A stretch of DNA of 64,000 nt. It comes from an uncultured Acidobacteriota bacterium. GTDB lineage: Bacteria > Acidobacteriota > Blastocatellia > Pyrinomonadales > Pyrinomonadaceae. Under the pieces are notes generated by a model, which saw nothing but the letters and a program-made list of their open reading frames with translations, did not search any database and was not told where the DNA came from. Position 1 is the stretch's first letter. Every line of letters starts with the position of its first letter. Position numbers and translations under genes: made by a program. This document shows positions 10,772 to 19,489 of this stretch, piece by piece. The DNA lies in assembly GCA_963811065.1 (NCBI GenBank), contig CAWEPR010000016.1, positions 19,816 to 83,815 on the forward strand. The letters are read 5' to 3'.

Positions 10772-10871
10772 CTGGTTAGATTCTTTGACGGCGCAAGCAG
10801 CCGCCACGTTAGAGCGCGCAATTCCTGAAATGCGCTTCCATGTTAAGAGACCGAGCATGAGCCGCCTGGGT

Positions 10872-11045
10872 TTACTCAGTATTCGGATTCACCTCTTTTT
10901 TAATCTCTTCGCTCTCAGGATTTTCAGAGCCGGGTATTAAAGAGCCGGTCGGAGGCTCGCCTTCCAATTTTTCGGATGGACTCTCTTCGGGCACGGGCTT
11001 CTGTTCGCTGCCCGGATTTTCGCTCTGTTCCTCTTTTTCTTCCAT
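10872..11045 (-). CDS. Small acidic protein (57 aa), below the ORF-track length cutoff
   Basis: The ATG at 11043-11045 is preceded by AAGGAG about 5 nt upstream. Translation is MEEKEEQSENPGSEQKPVPEESPSEKLEGEPPTGSLIPGSENPESEEIKKEVNPNTE. Confidence 0.4.
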   Translation of the reverse strand: MEEKEEQSENPGSEQKPVPEESPSEKLEGEPPTGSLIPGSENPESEEIKKEVNPNTE

Positions 11046-11369
11046 GATCGTCTCCTTATGGTTGTTCGCCTGCCGCTTTCAGGGTAACTGCCAGCGGGCC
11101 ATTCCCCTGGCGGCTTTTGGTATACGCACAATATACTCAGCCCCGCCCTTTACGTCGAGAAGAGTTCTTCAAGGCTCGCGCCCTCCGAGGCGAAAGATTT
11201 GGAACTCCGAAGTGCCGCGCACGTAATTAGATTACGAGTGATTTATTTTGCCACAAACCCGTGTGCTGCGGTGTTTACAGAATTAGAACGGTAAAATGCA
11301 CTTTTTCGGCAATCCTTGTTAGCAAAAACTTTCAATTTGGCTCGGACGACAGAGAACGAGGGTGAGAAG

Positions 11370-12077
11370 ATGAAAAGCAGACGGTTAACTATATTTTGCG
11401 TGGCGATGATTGCCCTGGCGGGCACACCGCGAGCCTGGCGGGAGGTCGGCAAATTGCTGGCTGTCGCTCAGCACAGGGCGCAGGTTAAGTTCTGGAGCAT
11501 GGTGTTGCCGGGAGAGCGAGAGTCTGCCGGGGCGGAAATGGTTGCGGCTGCCGAACCACTGGAATCCTCGTCTGTGGAAATTACCTCAAACTGCCCACTC
11601 CGGCGCGGTGAGACACGGGAAAATCAAGCATCGAGCAGTTTTAACGTAAATCGCAGGACGGCTCCGGCTTCCGTCCAATCTCAGGCCAGAGCGCAGCGGG
11701 AGACGGACGGCGCGCCCGCCTCTCATGCCGGGCTAATCGCCAGGGCGCCAAAAGCTCCGCGTGGAGACGGCAGCGCGGAGAGTCTGCTTCGTTCCAGAAA
11801 GGTGTGGGAGGTTCAGTCGTCGGCAATTGCCTTAAACGTCCCCTCTCATCTGGTTCAGCCCAGCGCGGCCACGCTGCCGCACCAACCGCCGAGCAAGGAC
11901 AATACTTTCGTCTTCGTGATGCCGCCTCCGGCGTCCCCCGCCGCAGCATCTCTCGTCGGAAAAGAGGCCGTCATTCAGTTCAAGCTGATGAAGAAATCTC
12001 TCGAAGGCGGCAAACTGCTTCGACAGAAAGGCCGTTTCCCGGCGAGCAGCGGCGCAGCAGCATTCCCCTCTTCTTAA
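11370..12077 (+). CDS. Hypothetical secreted low-complexity protein
   Basis: The ATG at 11370 follows GAGGGTGAG. The N-terminus MKSRRLTIFCVAMIALAGTP is signal-like. I recognise no family. Confidence 0.35.
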   Translation: MKSRRLTIFCVAMIALAGTPRAWREVGKLLAVAQHRAQVKFWSMVLPGERESAGAEMVAAAEPLESSSVEITSNCPLRRGETRENQASSSFNVNRRTAPASVQSQARAQRETDGAPASHAGLIARAPKAPRGDGSAESLLRSRKVWEVQSSAIALNVPSHLVQPSAATLPHQPPSKDNTFVFVMPPPASPAAASLVGKEAVIQFKLMKKSLEGGKLLRQKGRFPASSGAAAFPSS

Positions 12078-12102
12078 ACGACAACGACTCACTAAGTAAC
12101 AA

Positions 12103-12140
12103 GAAACCGCACGAACAAGCCCGTCTTTTCGTGCGGTTTC
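12103..12140. terminator. Bidirectional intrinsic terminator hairpin between convergent genes
   Basis: GAAACCGCACGAA (12103-12115) pairs perfectly with TTCGTGCGGTTTC (12128-12140). A/T runs flank both sides. Confidence 0.7.
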
Positions 12141-12166
12141 GTATTACTTCGCGGCTCGTCTTCTTA

Positions 12167-12706
12167 TTACGGCTGAAACGGCTTTCCGTAAAGCTCCTGA
12201 TAAATCCAGCCCATGATGCGCAGTTCGGCTGTGCAGAGCGTTTCGAGCCAGCAGCACGTCAGGTACACTTTGCGCCCGCTCTCGGTCGGAATCTTCTCCG
12301 CTTCTTTGATGGTTGAATTTGCTTCCGCGTCGAGCTTGTACGCGCCTGCTATCTCTTCGTTGGTCTTCGTCGCGTCGTCCAGCGCATTGAGAAGCTGGCT
12401 GATCCATTCGTGAAGAGAGCGCTCGCCTGCATGCTCGGCGAGTGCCTGCATGATGCCGATGGCGAGACGGTCTTCGGCGTGGTCGAACACGTAGACGCTT
12501 TCGTTGTCGTGGCTCGCCTGCTGCTGCTTCCAGTGGAAAAGTTCTTCGACTTTCGGATGACGGATGACAGCCGCCCGCTGGTCATAGTCCAGAAACCACT
12601 GGATGACATCAGCCAGCGACGCGGCGTTAATCTCGCCGCGCCCGTCATGCTGAAGAGGTGGCGGGGTTAAAGAACTCCCCGCGTCACTGCTTTTAGAAGT
12701 TGACAT
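12167..12706 (-). CDS. Hypothetical protein
   Basis: 179-aa ORF with normal composition, nearly abutting the asparaginase-family gene. No family recognised. Confidence 0.4.
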   Translation of the reverse strand: MSTSKSSDAGSSLTPPPLQHDGRGEINAASLADVIQWFLDYDQRAAVIRHPKVEELFHWKQQQASHDNESVYVFDHAEDRLAIGIMQALAEHAGERSLHEWISQLLNALDDATKTNEEIAGAYKLDAEANSTIKEAEKIPTESGRKVYLTCCWLETLCTAELRIMGWIYQELYGKPFQP

Positions 12707-12724
12707 AAAAATTCTTTCCGCGAG

Positions 12725-13804
12725 CTAGAGCGTGCGCTGCAACTCGAACGACGCGCGCACTTCTCCAACCTCGTCCCCGCGCCGATTCTCTATCGTGAAA
12801 CTCGCATACGGCTTGACGGCTTCGAGCGCTCCATCCTTTAGCACGCCAAGCTGTCGCAGGCTTTCGATGACGACCGTCGGGCGAGCGCGGCGATCTTCTC
12901 CGTCTTCTATCTTGAGCGCCAGCCCCAGTCCGCGCGGCCACTCGGCGCACGGCAGCACGCCCGCCGTGTAGACGCCTTCCGCCCCGACCTTCGAGACGAT
13001 GCCGCCCGGCTCGGACTGCATAATGACCGTATCGAGCCGCTCCGCACTGCCTCCGATCATCTCCGGGTATTTGGTCATAGCGGCGACGATTCTCTGGCAC
13101 GCCTGGCGCGTCGCCTCATCGAAATCGGCGGGCGGTGCGACCAGCCGCGCATATGCCAAAGCCATTGCGCGCACCGTCACACCAAAGGTCGGAACGCCGC
13201 ACCCGTCAATGCCGACGGCCACATCTTCAATCGGCACACCCGAAAACTGCTCGATGCGACGAGCGATATTGAGTTGCACCGGATTACTCGGCTCGTCGTA
13301 AGTTTCCGTTGGGACGCCCAGATGGAGCGCGAGCGCGAGCATGCCTGTGTGCTTGCCTGAACAATTGTTGTGCAGCACGGTGGGCAACTCGTCTCGTTCG
13401 CGCAACTCGCGCGCGGCGTCTGCGCTGTACGGCTCATGCACGCCGCATTTCAGGGCGCTCGCGTCCAGGCCAATCTTCCTGAGCATGCGAGCGACCGTCT
13501 CCGTGTGCGCCGTTTCTCCGTTATGCGAGCCGCAGGCGATGGCAATCTCTTTTTCTGTAAAGCCGAAACGGTCAGCCGCGCCCGATGCGATGAGCGGAAT
13601 GGCCTGAAACGGCTTGGAAGATGAGCGCAGGTAGGTGACAAGCTGCGGCGCGCCGAGTTGGGCGACTATCAGGCCATCACCATCAACGGCGACGATGTGC
13701 CCGCGATGGCGCGACTCCGTAATCGAACCGCGCCTGACTTCGACGAGCGGCTCTGCGATGGGAACGTCTACGTTTGATTTGTCTTCAGTCATCACAGAGC
13801 GCAT
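12725..13804 (-). CDS. Asparaginase II family protein
   Basis: HRGHIVAVDGDG, SSSKPFQAIPLIASGA, ACGSHNGE and NNCSGKHTGMLALA blocks are typical of the L-asparaginase II family. I moved the start to the ATG at 13804 because the upstream 17 codons translate a palindromic repeat. Confidence 0.7.
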   Translation of the reverse strand: MRSVMTEDKSNVDVPIAEPLVEVRRGSITESRHRGHIVAVDGDGLIVAQLGAPQLVTYLRSSSKPFQAIPLIASGAADRFGFTEKEIAIACGSHNGETAHTETVARMLRKIGLDASALKCGVHEPYSADAARELRERDELPTVLHNNCSGKHTGMLALALHLGVPTETYDEPSNPVQLNIARRIEQFSGVPIEDVAVGIDGCGVPTFGVTVRAMALAYARLVAPPADFDEATRQACQRIVAAMTKYPEMIGGSAERLDTVIMQSEPGGIVSKVGAEGVYTAGVLPCAEWPRGLGLALKIEDGEDRRARPTVVIESLRQLGVLKDGALEAVKPYASFTIENRRGDEVGEVRASFELQRTL

Positions 13805-13815
13805 CTTACAAAGCC

Positions 13816-13911
13816 AAAGGGTAAAAGTAAAAAGGCAAAAGGGAAGACAAGGCACTTGGCCTCTCGTCTTCCCCTTTACCTTTAGTCCTGACTTTTACCT
13901 TTTTACTTTTG
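13816..13911. repeat. Heptad-periodic palindromic element, GTAAAAG/GCAAAAG family
   Basis: GGTAAAA GTAAAAA GGCAAAA GGGAAGA opposite TCTTCCCCTTTACCTTT...CTTTTACCTTTTTACTTTTG. Confidence 0.85.
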
Positions 13912-14514
13912 TCTTTTCTTCTTCCCGCCGTAGCTCAGGACGGTGAGCTTGACGTTTTTGCGTCCGAAGCGGCGAGCTTCATGGATGGTCGGAACCCAGA
14001 CATCAATCTTGTTTCCCTTGATGGCCGTGCCCGCATCCGTGACGAGGTATTCGCCGTCATACGAGCCTGCTCCGGACATACGGACGCGTGTGCCGTAGGG
14101 CAGGATTCTGGGGTCGGCGGCGATTGTGCCGCGACGAACGCCCAGCCCGCTTGCGCCACGACAGCACAGACTATAGGAAAACGCTGTATAGGGTTGCGGC
14201 GCAGTGAGCGGCGCACTTTTGGCTTCCGTAGAGTTTGCGACTGTAATGGTAGTTGCGGCGGTTGCGTCTGCGTCTTTGACGGCTGCGTTGGTTGCGCCGG
14301 AGACGGTTTCGGAAAGCTCTGCTGTTTCAGCCTGTGCGGTCTGTTTAGCTGCTTCCTTTTTCTGCTGTGCCGCTTGAGCGGGTGTTTGTGTTTCTTGCTG
14401 AGCAGTTCCTTGCGAGGGGGTTGTTTCTGCTGATAACGGTCGTGCGTAAAATATCAAAAAAGCTGCGAAAAGCATGGCGGCAAGGCTCACGCCTCCGCGA
14501 ACGAACAATTTCAT
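13903..14514 (-). CDS. Secreted 3D-domain protein (cell-wall-hydrolase-like)
   Basis: Signal peptide, a low-complexity Q/A/T linker, then RILPYGTRVRMSGAGSYDGEYLVTDAGTAIKGNKIDVWVPT, typical of the 3D (Asp-Asp-Asp) domain. Confidence 0.65.
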   Translation of the reverse strand: MKLFVRGGVSLAAMLFAAFLIFYARPLSAETTPSQGTAQQETQTPAQAAQQKKEAAKQTAQAETAELSETVSGATNAAVKDADATAATTITVANSTEAKSAPLTAPQPYTAFSYSLCCRGASGLGVRRGTIAADPRILPYGTRVRMSGAGSYDGEYLVTDAGTAIKGNKIDVWVPTIHEARRFGRKNVKLTVLSYGGKKKRQK

Positions 14515-14932
14515 CTGTCGGTTTCTCCTATGCCGAGGTTGATTGTCAATCTTTCAGCGGCGCGGCGCGCGAGTCCGTTCTTTCCCAGGACTCGACCTCC
14601 GGCTCTAGGAGTTTTAAGAAAAACGTCAGCCGGAGTTGGGGGCTTGCATCCTTGATGCGGTGCGCTGAAAGAGCTGCACAAAATAAAAACAAGCGAACAT
14701 CAAGCTGTCCGCTTGTTCTTCATAACGTACAAAGAGGCTAACATGCGGGGTAGCATCTGTCCAGCGGCGAGCCCTGCGAAACAGGGGTCAGCCATCGAAG
14801 ACAGCCGCCCATTTCATGGGCTAAACCCCACACTTGACACATCTTCCATGAATATTTATCTTCCATGCAGCCGATTCGGTAAGTCCTGTCTCTCCCGATG
14901 CCGGTCTTCCACCTAATCAGGAGTTCTCAAAG

Positions 14933-16066
14933 ATGTTTCAACCTCGCCCTTCACGATTGTTCTTAATTTTTCTGGGCTTTTCGCTCCTCATTCTTTCCGC
15001 GCCTGACATTCATGCTCAGGCGGAAACCTGGGTGCCTGCCACCACAGGATTCTCAACAGAGATCAAGGTCTGGACATCTTCCGGCAACACCTACGCCAAA
15101 GTGCGGCTGACGTTTCCCACCGGCGGATGGCGCGCGGATTGGGGACAGGTGACGAGAACCGGCAACGATTTCACGGCGGACGCCAGAGTTGAGCGTTGGA
15201 ACGGCGCGTCCACACAAGCGCTTACCTTTAGCGAGCACACCTACAATCTCGGTGCGCTTTCGCCCGGCACGCACACCTTCACGTTCAAATCTTATGGCGT
15301 GACAATCAAGAGCCAGCAATTTGATCCGAGTCTGGTTGTCGAGCATTGGGAGCCGACGACGATACCGAGCAACCAGGTCGTCGTGCGGATTTTGGGGTTC
15401 ACCAGCGGGCTGAGGCTTGCAAAAGTAGAACTTTATGTCCCGGATACAAGCTACAGCGTTGTAGATTGGGGGCAGGTGACGAGAAGCGGAAACGAGTTTA
15501 CGGTTGATATTAAAGTCGAGCGCTGGACGGGCGAATCGCAGGCGCGCCTCAGCATCATTGACCACGACTACGAACTTGGCACGCTCTCGCCCGGCCCATA
15601 CTCGCTCACTGTCAAAATGTACGGCACGACAATCAGGACTATTCCTTTTTCTGTTGACGCCTCATCTACCGCAATCCCGAAGCTCTTAACTGAAGAGAAT
15701 TCAGAGCGGGCTATCGCGCTTGATTCTGTGACGTGGCTGCGCCATTTCCCGCTCGAAACCCCACACAACTTCAGCACGGACGGGCGCACGCGTATTGTGC
15801 TCTTTCTCTCAGGCGTGGAATTCTCGCCGGGAGAACTTCCTTCAGCCGTGACGGTTCAGGCCGAAGATGCTCAGCACGCAATTTATCCGATGACAGTGGA
15901 ATATGTCGGGAAGGTTCCGAATTTCGACGGGTTGACGCAAGTCATCGTCAGACCGCATGAGGGACTGAAAGACGGTGGTGACCTGTGGCTCAACGTCATC
16001 GTCCGCGGGCAATTCAGCAATAAGGGAATGGTCAGCCTCAAGCCGTCAGGCACTAATGCTCCCTAG
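14933..16066 (+). CDS. Secreted protein with two tandem ~125-aa repeat modules and a conserved C-terminal domain
   Basis: Signal peptide. Module 1 contains DWGQVTRTGNDFTADARVERWNGAS...LSPGTHTFTFKSYG. Module 2 contains DWGQVTRSGNEFTVDIKVERWTGES...LSPGPYSLTVKMYG. Confidence 0.6.
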   Translation: MFQPRPSRLFLIFLGFSLLILSAPDIHAQAETWVPATTGFSTEIKVWTSSGNTYAKVRLTFPTGGWRADWGQVTRTGNDFTADARVERWNGASTQALTFSEHTYNLGALSPGTHTFTFKSYGVTIKSQQFDPSLVVEHWEPTTIPSNQVVVRILGFTSGLRLAKVELYVPDTSYSVVDWGQVTRSGNEFTVDIKVERWTGESQARLSIIDHDYELGTLSPGPYSLTVKMYGTTIRTIPFSVDASSTAIPKLLTEENSERAIALDSVTWLRHFPLETPHNFSTDGRTRIVLFLSGVEFSPGELPSAVTVQAEDAQHAIYPMTVEYVGKVPNFDGLTQVIVRPHEGLKDGGDLWLNVIVRGQFSNKGMVSLKPSGTNAP

Positions 16067-16069
16067 CTC

Positions 16070-16687
16070 TTAGTCGAGGAAGTTTTCAATGATGCGCCTG
16101 CCCTGCGGGTGCTCAGCGTCGAACAGTTCCGGATGAAATTGCACGCTGAAGAGTGGGCGCGACGTGTGCTGCATCGCTTGAATCCGGCAGGTTTCGTTGG
16201 AAGCGGTCAGCTCAAAGCCTGCGGGCAATTCTTTCACTTCATCGCAGTGCGAGTGCCAGACCGAAAGTTTACGCGGCAAGCCTTCAAAAATCCCTTTGCT
16301 TTCTGTCTCGACATCGAAGAAGCCGCGCTCGCGTAGCGCCCCTTCGTAGCCTTCGCCCGGCGTGAGGCGCTTCATCAGTCCCACCGTCGAGCCGAAGGCC
16401 AGCGCAATCTGTTGATGCCCGCCGCAGATGCCTAAAACGGGCTGCTCCGCCTCGCGTATCACTTCAAAAACGCCGGAGAGCGATGCTGGTGTGTACTCAG
16501 TCCACGGGTGGCTCTGCCCGCTCAGGATGATGTGCGAAGGCGAAATTTCCCTGATGCGACGAAGCGAAACGTCCTTGAAATGCTCGACGACAACGGGCGT
16601 CTCGGGGCGCAACTCTTCGAGCGCCGCCTTAATCTCGCGCGGCGATACGCCCTGCCCGTCTACTGTATTATCAACGAGGTAAATCAT
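16070..16687 (-). CDS. Class I glutamine amidotransferase (GATase1) family protein
   Basis: VLGICGGHQ nucleophile-elbow motif and QFHPE near the C-terminus. Confidence 0.75.
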   Translation of the reverse strand: MIYLVDNTVDGQGVSPREIKAALEELRPETPVVVEHFKDVSLRRIREISPSHIILSGQSHPWTEYTPASLSGVFEVIREAEQPVLGICGGHQQIALAFGSTVGLMKRLTPGEGYEGALRERGFFDVETESKGIFEGLPRKLSVWHSHCDEVKELPAGFELTASNETCRIQAMQHTSRPLFSVQFHPELFDAEHPQGRRIIENFLD

Positions 16688-16690
16688 GAA

Positions 16691-16837
16691 ATCAGTTTTC
16701 AGTAGTCAGTTTTCGGTTTTCAGTTTCAGCAGTCGGCTATTGTAAAGCAATGGCCGCCAGTTTTCATATCAACGAAAGACTGGCGGCCACTTACCCTGTT
16801 TTAACTGAAAACCGAAAACTGACTACTGAAAACTGAT
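16691..16837. repeat. Heptad-periodic palindromic element, CAGTTTT family, with a nested GC-rich inner hairpin
   Basis: The outer arms are CAGTTTT CAGTAGT CAGTTTT CGGTTTT CAGTT and AACTGAAAACCGAAAACTGACTACTGAAAACTG. The inner hairpin is TGGCCGCCAGT...ACTGGCGGCCA (16751-16789). Confidence 0.9.
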
Positions 16838-18060
16838 TACTGCTCACTGTCCCCGATGCTGTGCAAATCGCCGTTGAATGCGCCGAGGTAGATGCGTCCT
16901 TCGGAGATGGCGGGTGTGGAATTGATGTTCTCGCCGATTTGCAAATCTGAAATCAGCTTGCCATCTTCAGCCGAGAGCATATAGACCCAGCCCGCTTTGT
17001 CGCCGAAGATGACGCGCCCGTCAACCACCGGCGATGTTCCCCAGATGGGGCCGCGTGTCTGGTAACGCCAGACGACCTGTCCTTTGTCAGCCGTCAGGCA
17101 GTACAGGTTACGATCACTCGATCCGATGTAGAGACGACCGTCCAGAAAGATAGGACTGCCCCAGATGCCCCCATTCGTCTTGAACGTCCAGACGCGCTCG
17201 CCTGTCTCCTGCTTGTACGCGCTGACGTTGCCGTCTTCCGCCGCCGTGTAGACCAGACCGTTTGCCACCGCAGGCGTCGAGTCCGAATCCGCGCCGATGC
17301 GTGCCTTCCAGATAATCTTGCCATCTGCCATGTTCAGGCTGTAAAGGTCACCCCCCTCCGTGCCGATGTAGATACGACCGTCGTGAATGGAGCAACTGCC
17401 TTCCATCGAGCCGAGCCGCTGGCTTTTATAAACAAGCGAGCCGTCTTCGAGGTTGAGACAGTAGAAGAAACCATCTTCGCAGCCAAAATAAAGTTTTCCG
17501 TCAATTGCTGCGACCGAGCCGTCAATCTCGAAACCGGCTTTGTATTTCCAGATGACCGAGCCGTCTTTTGCGCTCAGGCAATAGAGATAATGGTCGAGGC
17601 CGCTGGCGAGAATACGGTCGCCGACAATCGTGGGCGTGGCCTTCATGCTGTCCAGCCCTTGAAACTTCCAGATGAGCGAGCCATCTTTGGTGCTCAGGCA
17701 ATAGACATTGCCGTCAGCCGAGCCGAAGTAGACGCGATCACCGCTCACCGAAGCCTGTCCCGGCCAACTCGTTCCGCCCCAGGGGTCTTTGTGCAGCCGA
17801 CCGCTGATAGATTTCGTCTTAAACCTCCAGACGACTTCGAGCGGAGCATCTGAGAATGGGCCTGAACCGTAAAAGGTGCGCGACGGGTTACCCAGCCACG
17901 TCGAAACTACGGGGCGCACGCTGACCGTCTTAGCCGGGCGCACATCGCTCTCAGCAGACTTCGTCACCGCCTCTCCGCAGCCTGTCGTTAATAACAACGC
18001 GGCGAAAAGAGAGACCAGCAATAAACTTGAAATATTATCTTTGAGTTTGAAATTCTTCAT
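16837..18060 (-). CDS. PQQ-like beta-propeller lipoprotein (BamB-like repeat family)
   Basis: The start at 18060 gives MKNFKLKDNISSLLLVSLFAALLLTTGC (lipobox). Repeated motifs include DGSLIWKF, DGSVIWKY, DGKIIWKA, GERVWTF and GQVVWRY. The ORF-track N-terminal 39 aa translate a heptad repeat. Confidence 0.7.
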   Translation of the reverse strand: MKNFKLKDNISSLLLVSLFAALLLTTGCGEAVTKSAESDVRPAKTVSVRPVVSTWLGNPSRTFYGSGPFSDAPLEVVWRFKTKSISGRLHKDPWGGTSWPGQASVSGDRVYFGSADGNVYCLSTKDGSLIWKFQGLDSMKATPTIVGDRILASGLDHYLYCLSAKDGSVIWKYKAGFEIDGSVAAIDGKLYFGCEDGFFYCLNLEDGSLVYKSQRLGSMEGSCSIHDGRIYIGTEGGDLYSLNMADGKIIWKARIGADSDSTPAVANGLVYTAAEDGNVSAYKQETGERVWTFKTNGGIWGSPIFLDGRLYIGSSDRNLYCLTADKGQVVWRYQTRGPIWGTSPVVDGRVIFGDKAGWVYMLSAEDGKLISDLQIGENINSTPAISEGRIYLGAFNGDLHSIGDSEQ

Positions 18061-18075
18061 GGGGCAACAACTCTG

Positions 18076-18185
18076 TAATTTCTGATTTCCGATTTTTGAT
18101 TTTTGATTGGGCAGGGATGACATCTGCGATTTCAAATTCCAGATTATCAGATTTAATAAATTCCTGTCCTCTTCCAATCAAAAAT
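18076..18185. repeat. Heptad block, GATTTTT/GATTTCC family, with a short complementary arm
   Basis: ATTTCTG ATTTCCG ATTTTTG ATTTTTG ATTGG, then a second same-sense block at 18127-18155, then CCAATCAAAAAT (18174-18185), which pairs with 18099-18110. Confidence 0.75.
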
Positions 18186-19044
18186 CTCCTGAATCTCCTA
18201 ACCATTCTCCACTGTAAACCACGTCGGCGCGTCCCGTCATCACGACCTCGCCGTCTTCTCGCCACAAAACTTCGAGCAGCCCGCCCTCTGTGTGAACGTT
18301 AACGTGCCTGTCAGCTTTGTCATTGATAATGCTTGCGACCGCAGCCGCGCACGAGCAGGTTCCCGAAGATTTGGTTTCGCCGACGCCGCGCTCCCAGAGT
18401 CGCACTTCGATATTGCCGCGATCCACGACGCGCACGAAGACGACGTTGGTTCTGTCCGGGAATTGCTCATGATTTTCGAGCGTGCGCCCGACGCGCCGCC
18501 AGTCCAACTCATTGAAATCGTCAACGAAGATAATGCAATTCGGATTGCCCATCGAGAGCGCGGTGACACGCAGGTTCTCGCCTTCAACTGTCAGCGGGTA
18601 ATCCGTGACACGCTCACGCGGTTCATCCGTCAACATAGGGACGGACGCGCTCTTTAATCCCGGCTGGCCTAATTCGGATTCAAACCAGTAATGCCCCTCA
18701 GAGATGCGCTCGCGCAAACGATAGAGTTTTACCCCGGAGCGCGTCTTCAATCGAAGCTCATCCTGCGACCAGAGACCGCGATAATAAAGATACGCGACCG
18801 TGCAGCGCGTGCCGTTGCCCGATAGTCCGGCCTCGCTCCCGTCCACGTTGAAGATGCGAACAACAAAATCCGCGTCTTCGTCTCGACCTGCGGGACTGAC
18901 GACCGTGATGCCGTCCGCGCCCGCGCCGTAGTGACGGTCGCAGATGGCGCGCGCAAATTCGTTCAGCGATTTGACACCGTCGAGGCGCTGCGCTTCAAAG
19001 ACCAGATAGTCGTTGCCGAAGCCGTGAAATTTGATGAACTGCAT
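18178..19044 (-). CDS. dapF: Diaminopimelate epimerase
   Basis: MQFIKFHGFGNDYLVFE, LSGNGTRC, MGNPNCIIFV and SSGTCSCAAA motifs with both catalytic cysteines. Confidence 0.9.
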   Translation of the reverse strand: MQFIKFHGFGNDYLVFEAQRLDGVKSLNEFARAICDRHYGAGADGITVVSPAGRDEDADFVVRIFNVDGSEAGLSGNGTRCTVAYLYYRGLWSQDELRLKTRSGVKLYRLRERISEGHYWFESELGQPGLKSASVPMLTDEPRERVTDYPLTVEGENLRVTALSMGNPNCIIFVDDFNELDWRRVGRTLENHEQFPDRTNVVFVRVVDRGNIEVRLWERGVGETKSSGTCSCAAAVASIINDKADRHVNVHTEGGLLEVLWREDGEVVMTGRADVVYSGEWLGDSGDF

Positions 19045-19075
19045 GGGGAACTGGGCTAAGTAAAGAGTCGTGCGC

Positions 19076-19489
19076 TTACGAAATGAGGTTTACCGGGAAA
19101 CCGAGACCTGTAGCATTACGGAATAATGGGCTATCCAATGTCCATAACTCAGCGCCTAACATTTCTGCCAAGGCGATATAGGCGGCGTCATAAGCGTTCT
19201 TTCGGTTCATAGCAAGAGCAATTTCTACCACACGCGCGGCATCAGTCAAATTATGATATTGAATCGGCAGAATGGATATGTTGTTCCAGGCTTCTTCAAT
19301 TTTATCTGCTGAGAACGCACCGCCAACAACGAGTCTGGTCAAAGCGTTGGCAATCTCATACTGAGCCAAAGCTGGAGCATGTATTTCAATATTGCGGTCG
19401 AGCCAGTCTGTGAAGTGTTGAAACACCTGATTGCCGCGCGGATCGCCGCTAACTAAAACGACAAGCAGGTTAGCATCAGCGACTACCAT
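19076..19489 (-). CDS. vapC: PIN-domain toxin (VapC family)
   Basis: 137 aa starting MVVADANLLV with a conserved acidic residue at position 5. Its start codon overlaps the stop of a 62-aa upstream ORF by 1 nt. Confidence 0.75.
   Translation of the reverse strand: MVVADANLLVVLVSGDPRGNQVFQHFTDWLDRNIEIHAPALAQYEIANALTRLVVGGAFSADKIEEAWNNISILPIQYHNLTDAARVVEIALAMNRKNAYDAAYIALAEMLGAELWTLDSPLFRNATGLGFPVNLIS

Noticed and set aside
11804-12316. The 170-aa plus-strand ORF spanning the terminator at 12103-12140
   Set aside because: It reads through a strong bidirectional terminator hairpin and overlaps two better-supported genes in other frames.
14551-14900. Calling the structured leader a c-di-AMP (ydaO-yuaA) riboswitch
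   Set aside because: Only loose resemblance to parts of the consensus (CCGAAUC, GUUAGCCUC) is visible. The hallmark GGGGGACCCA and GGGUGAAUC blocks are not clearly present, and the order of terminator and structure is atypical. I keep it as an unclassified candidate.
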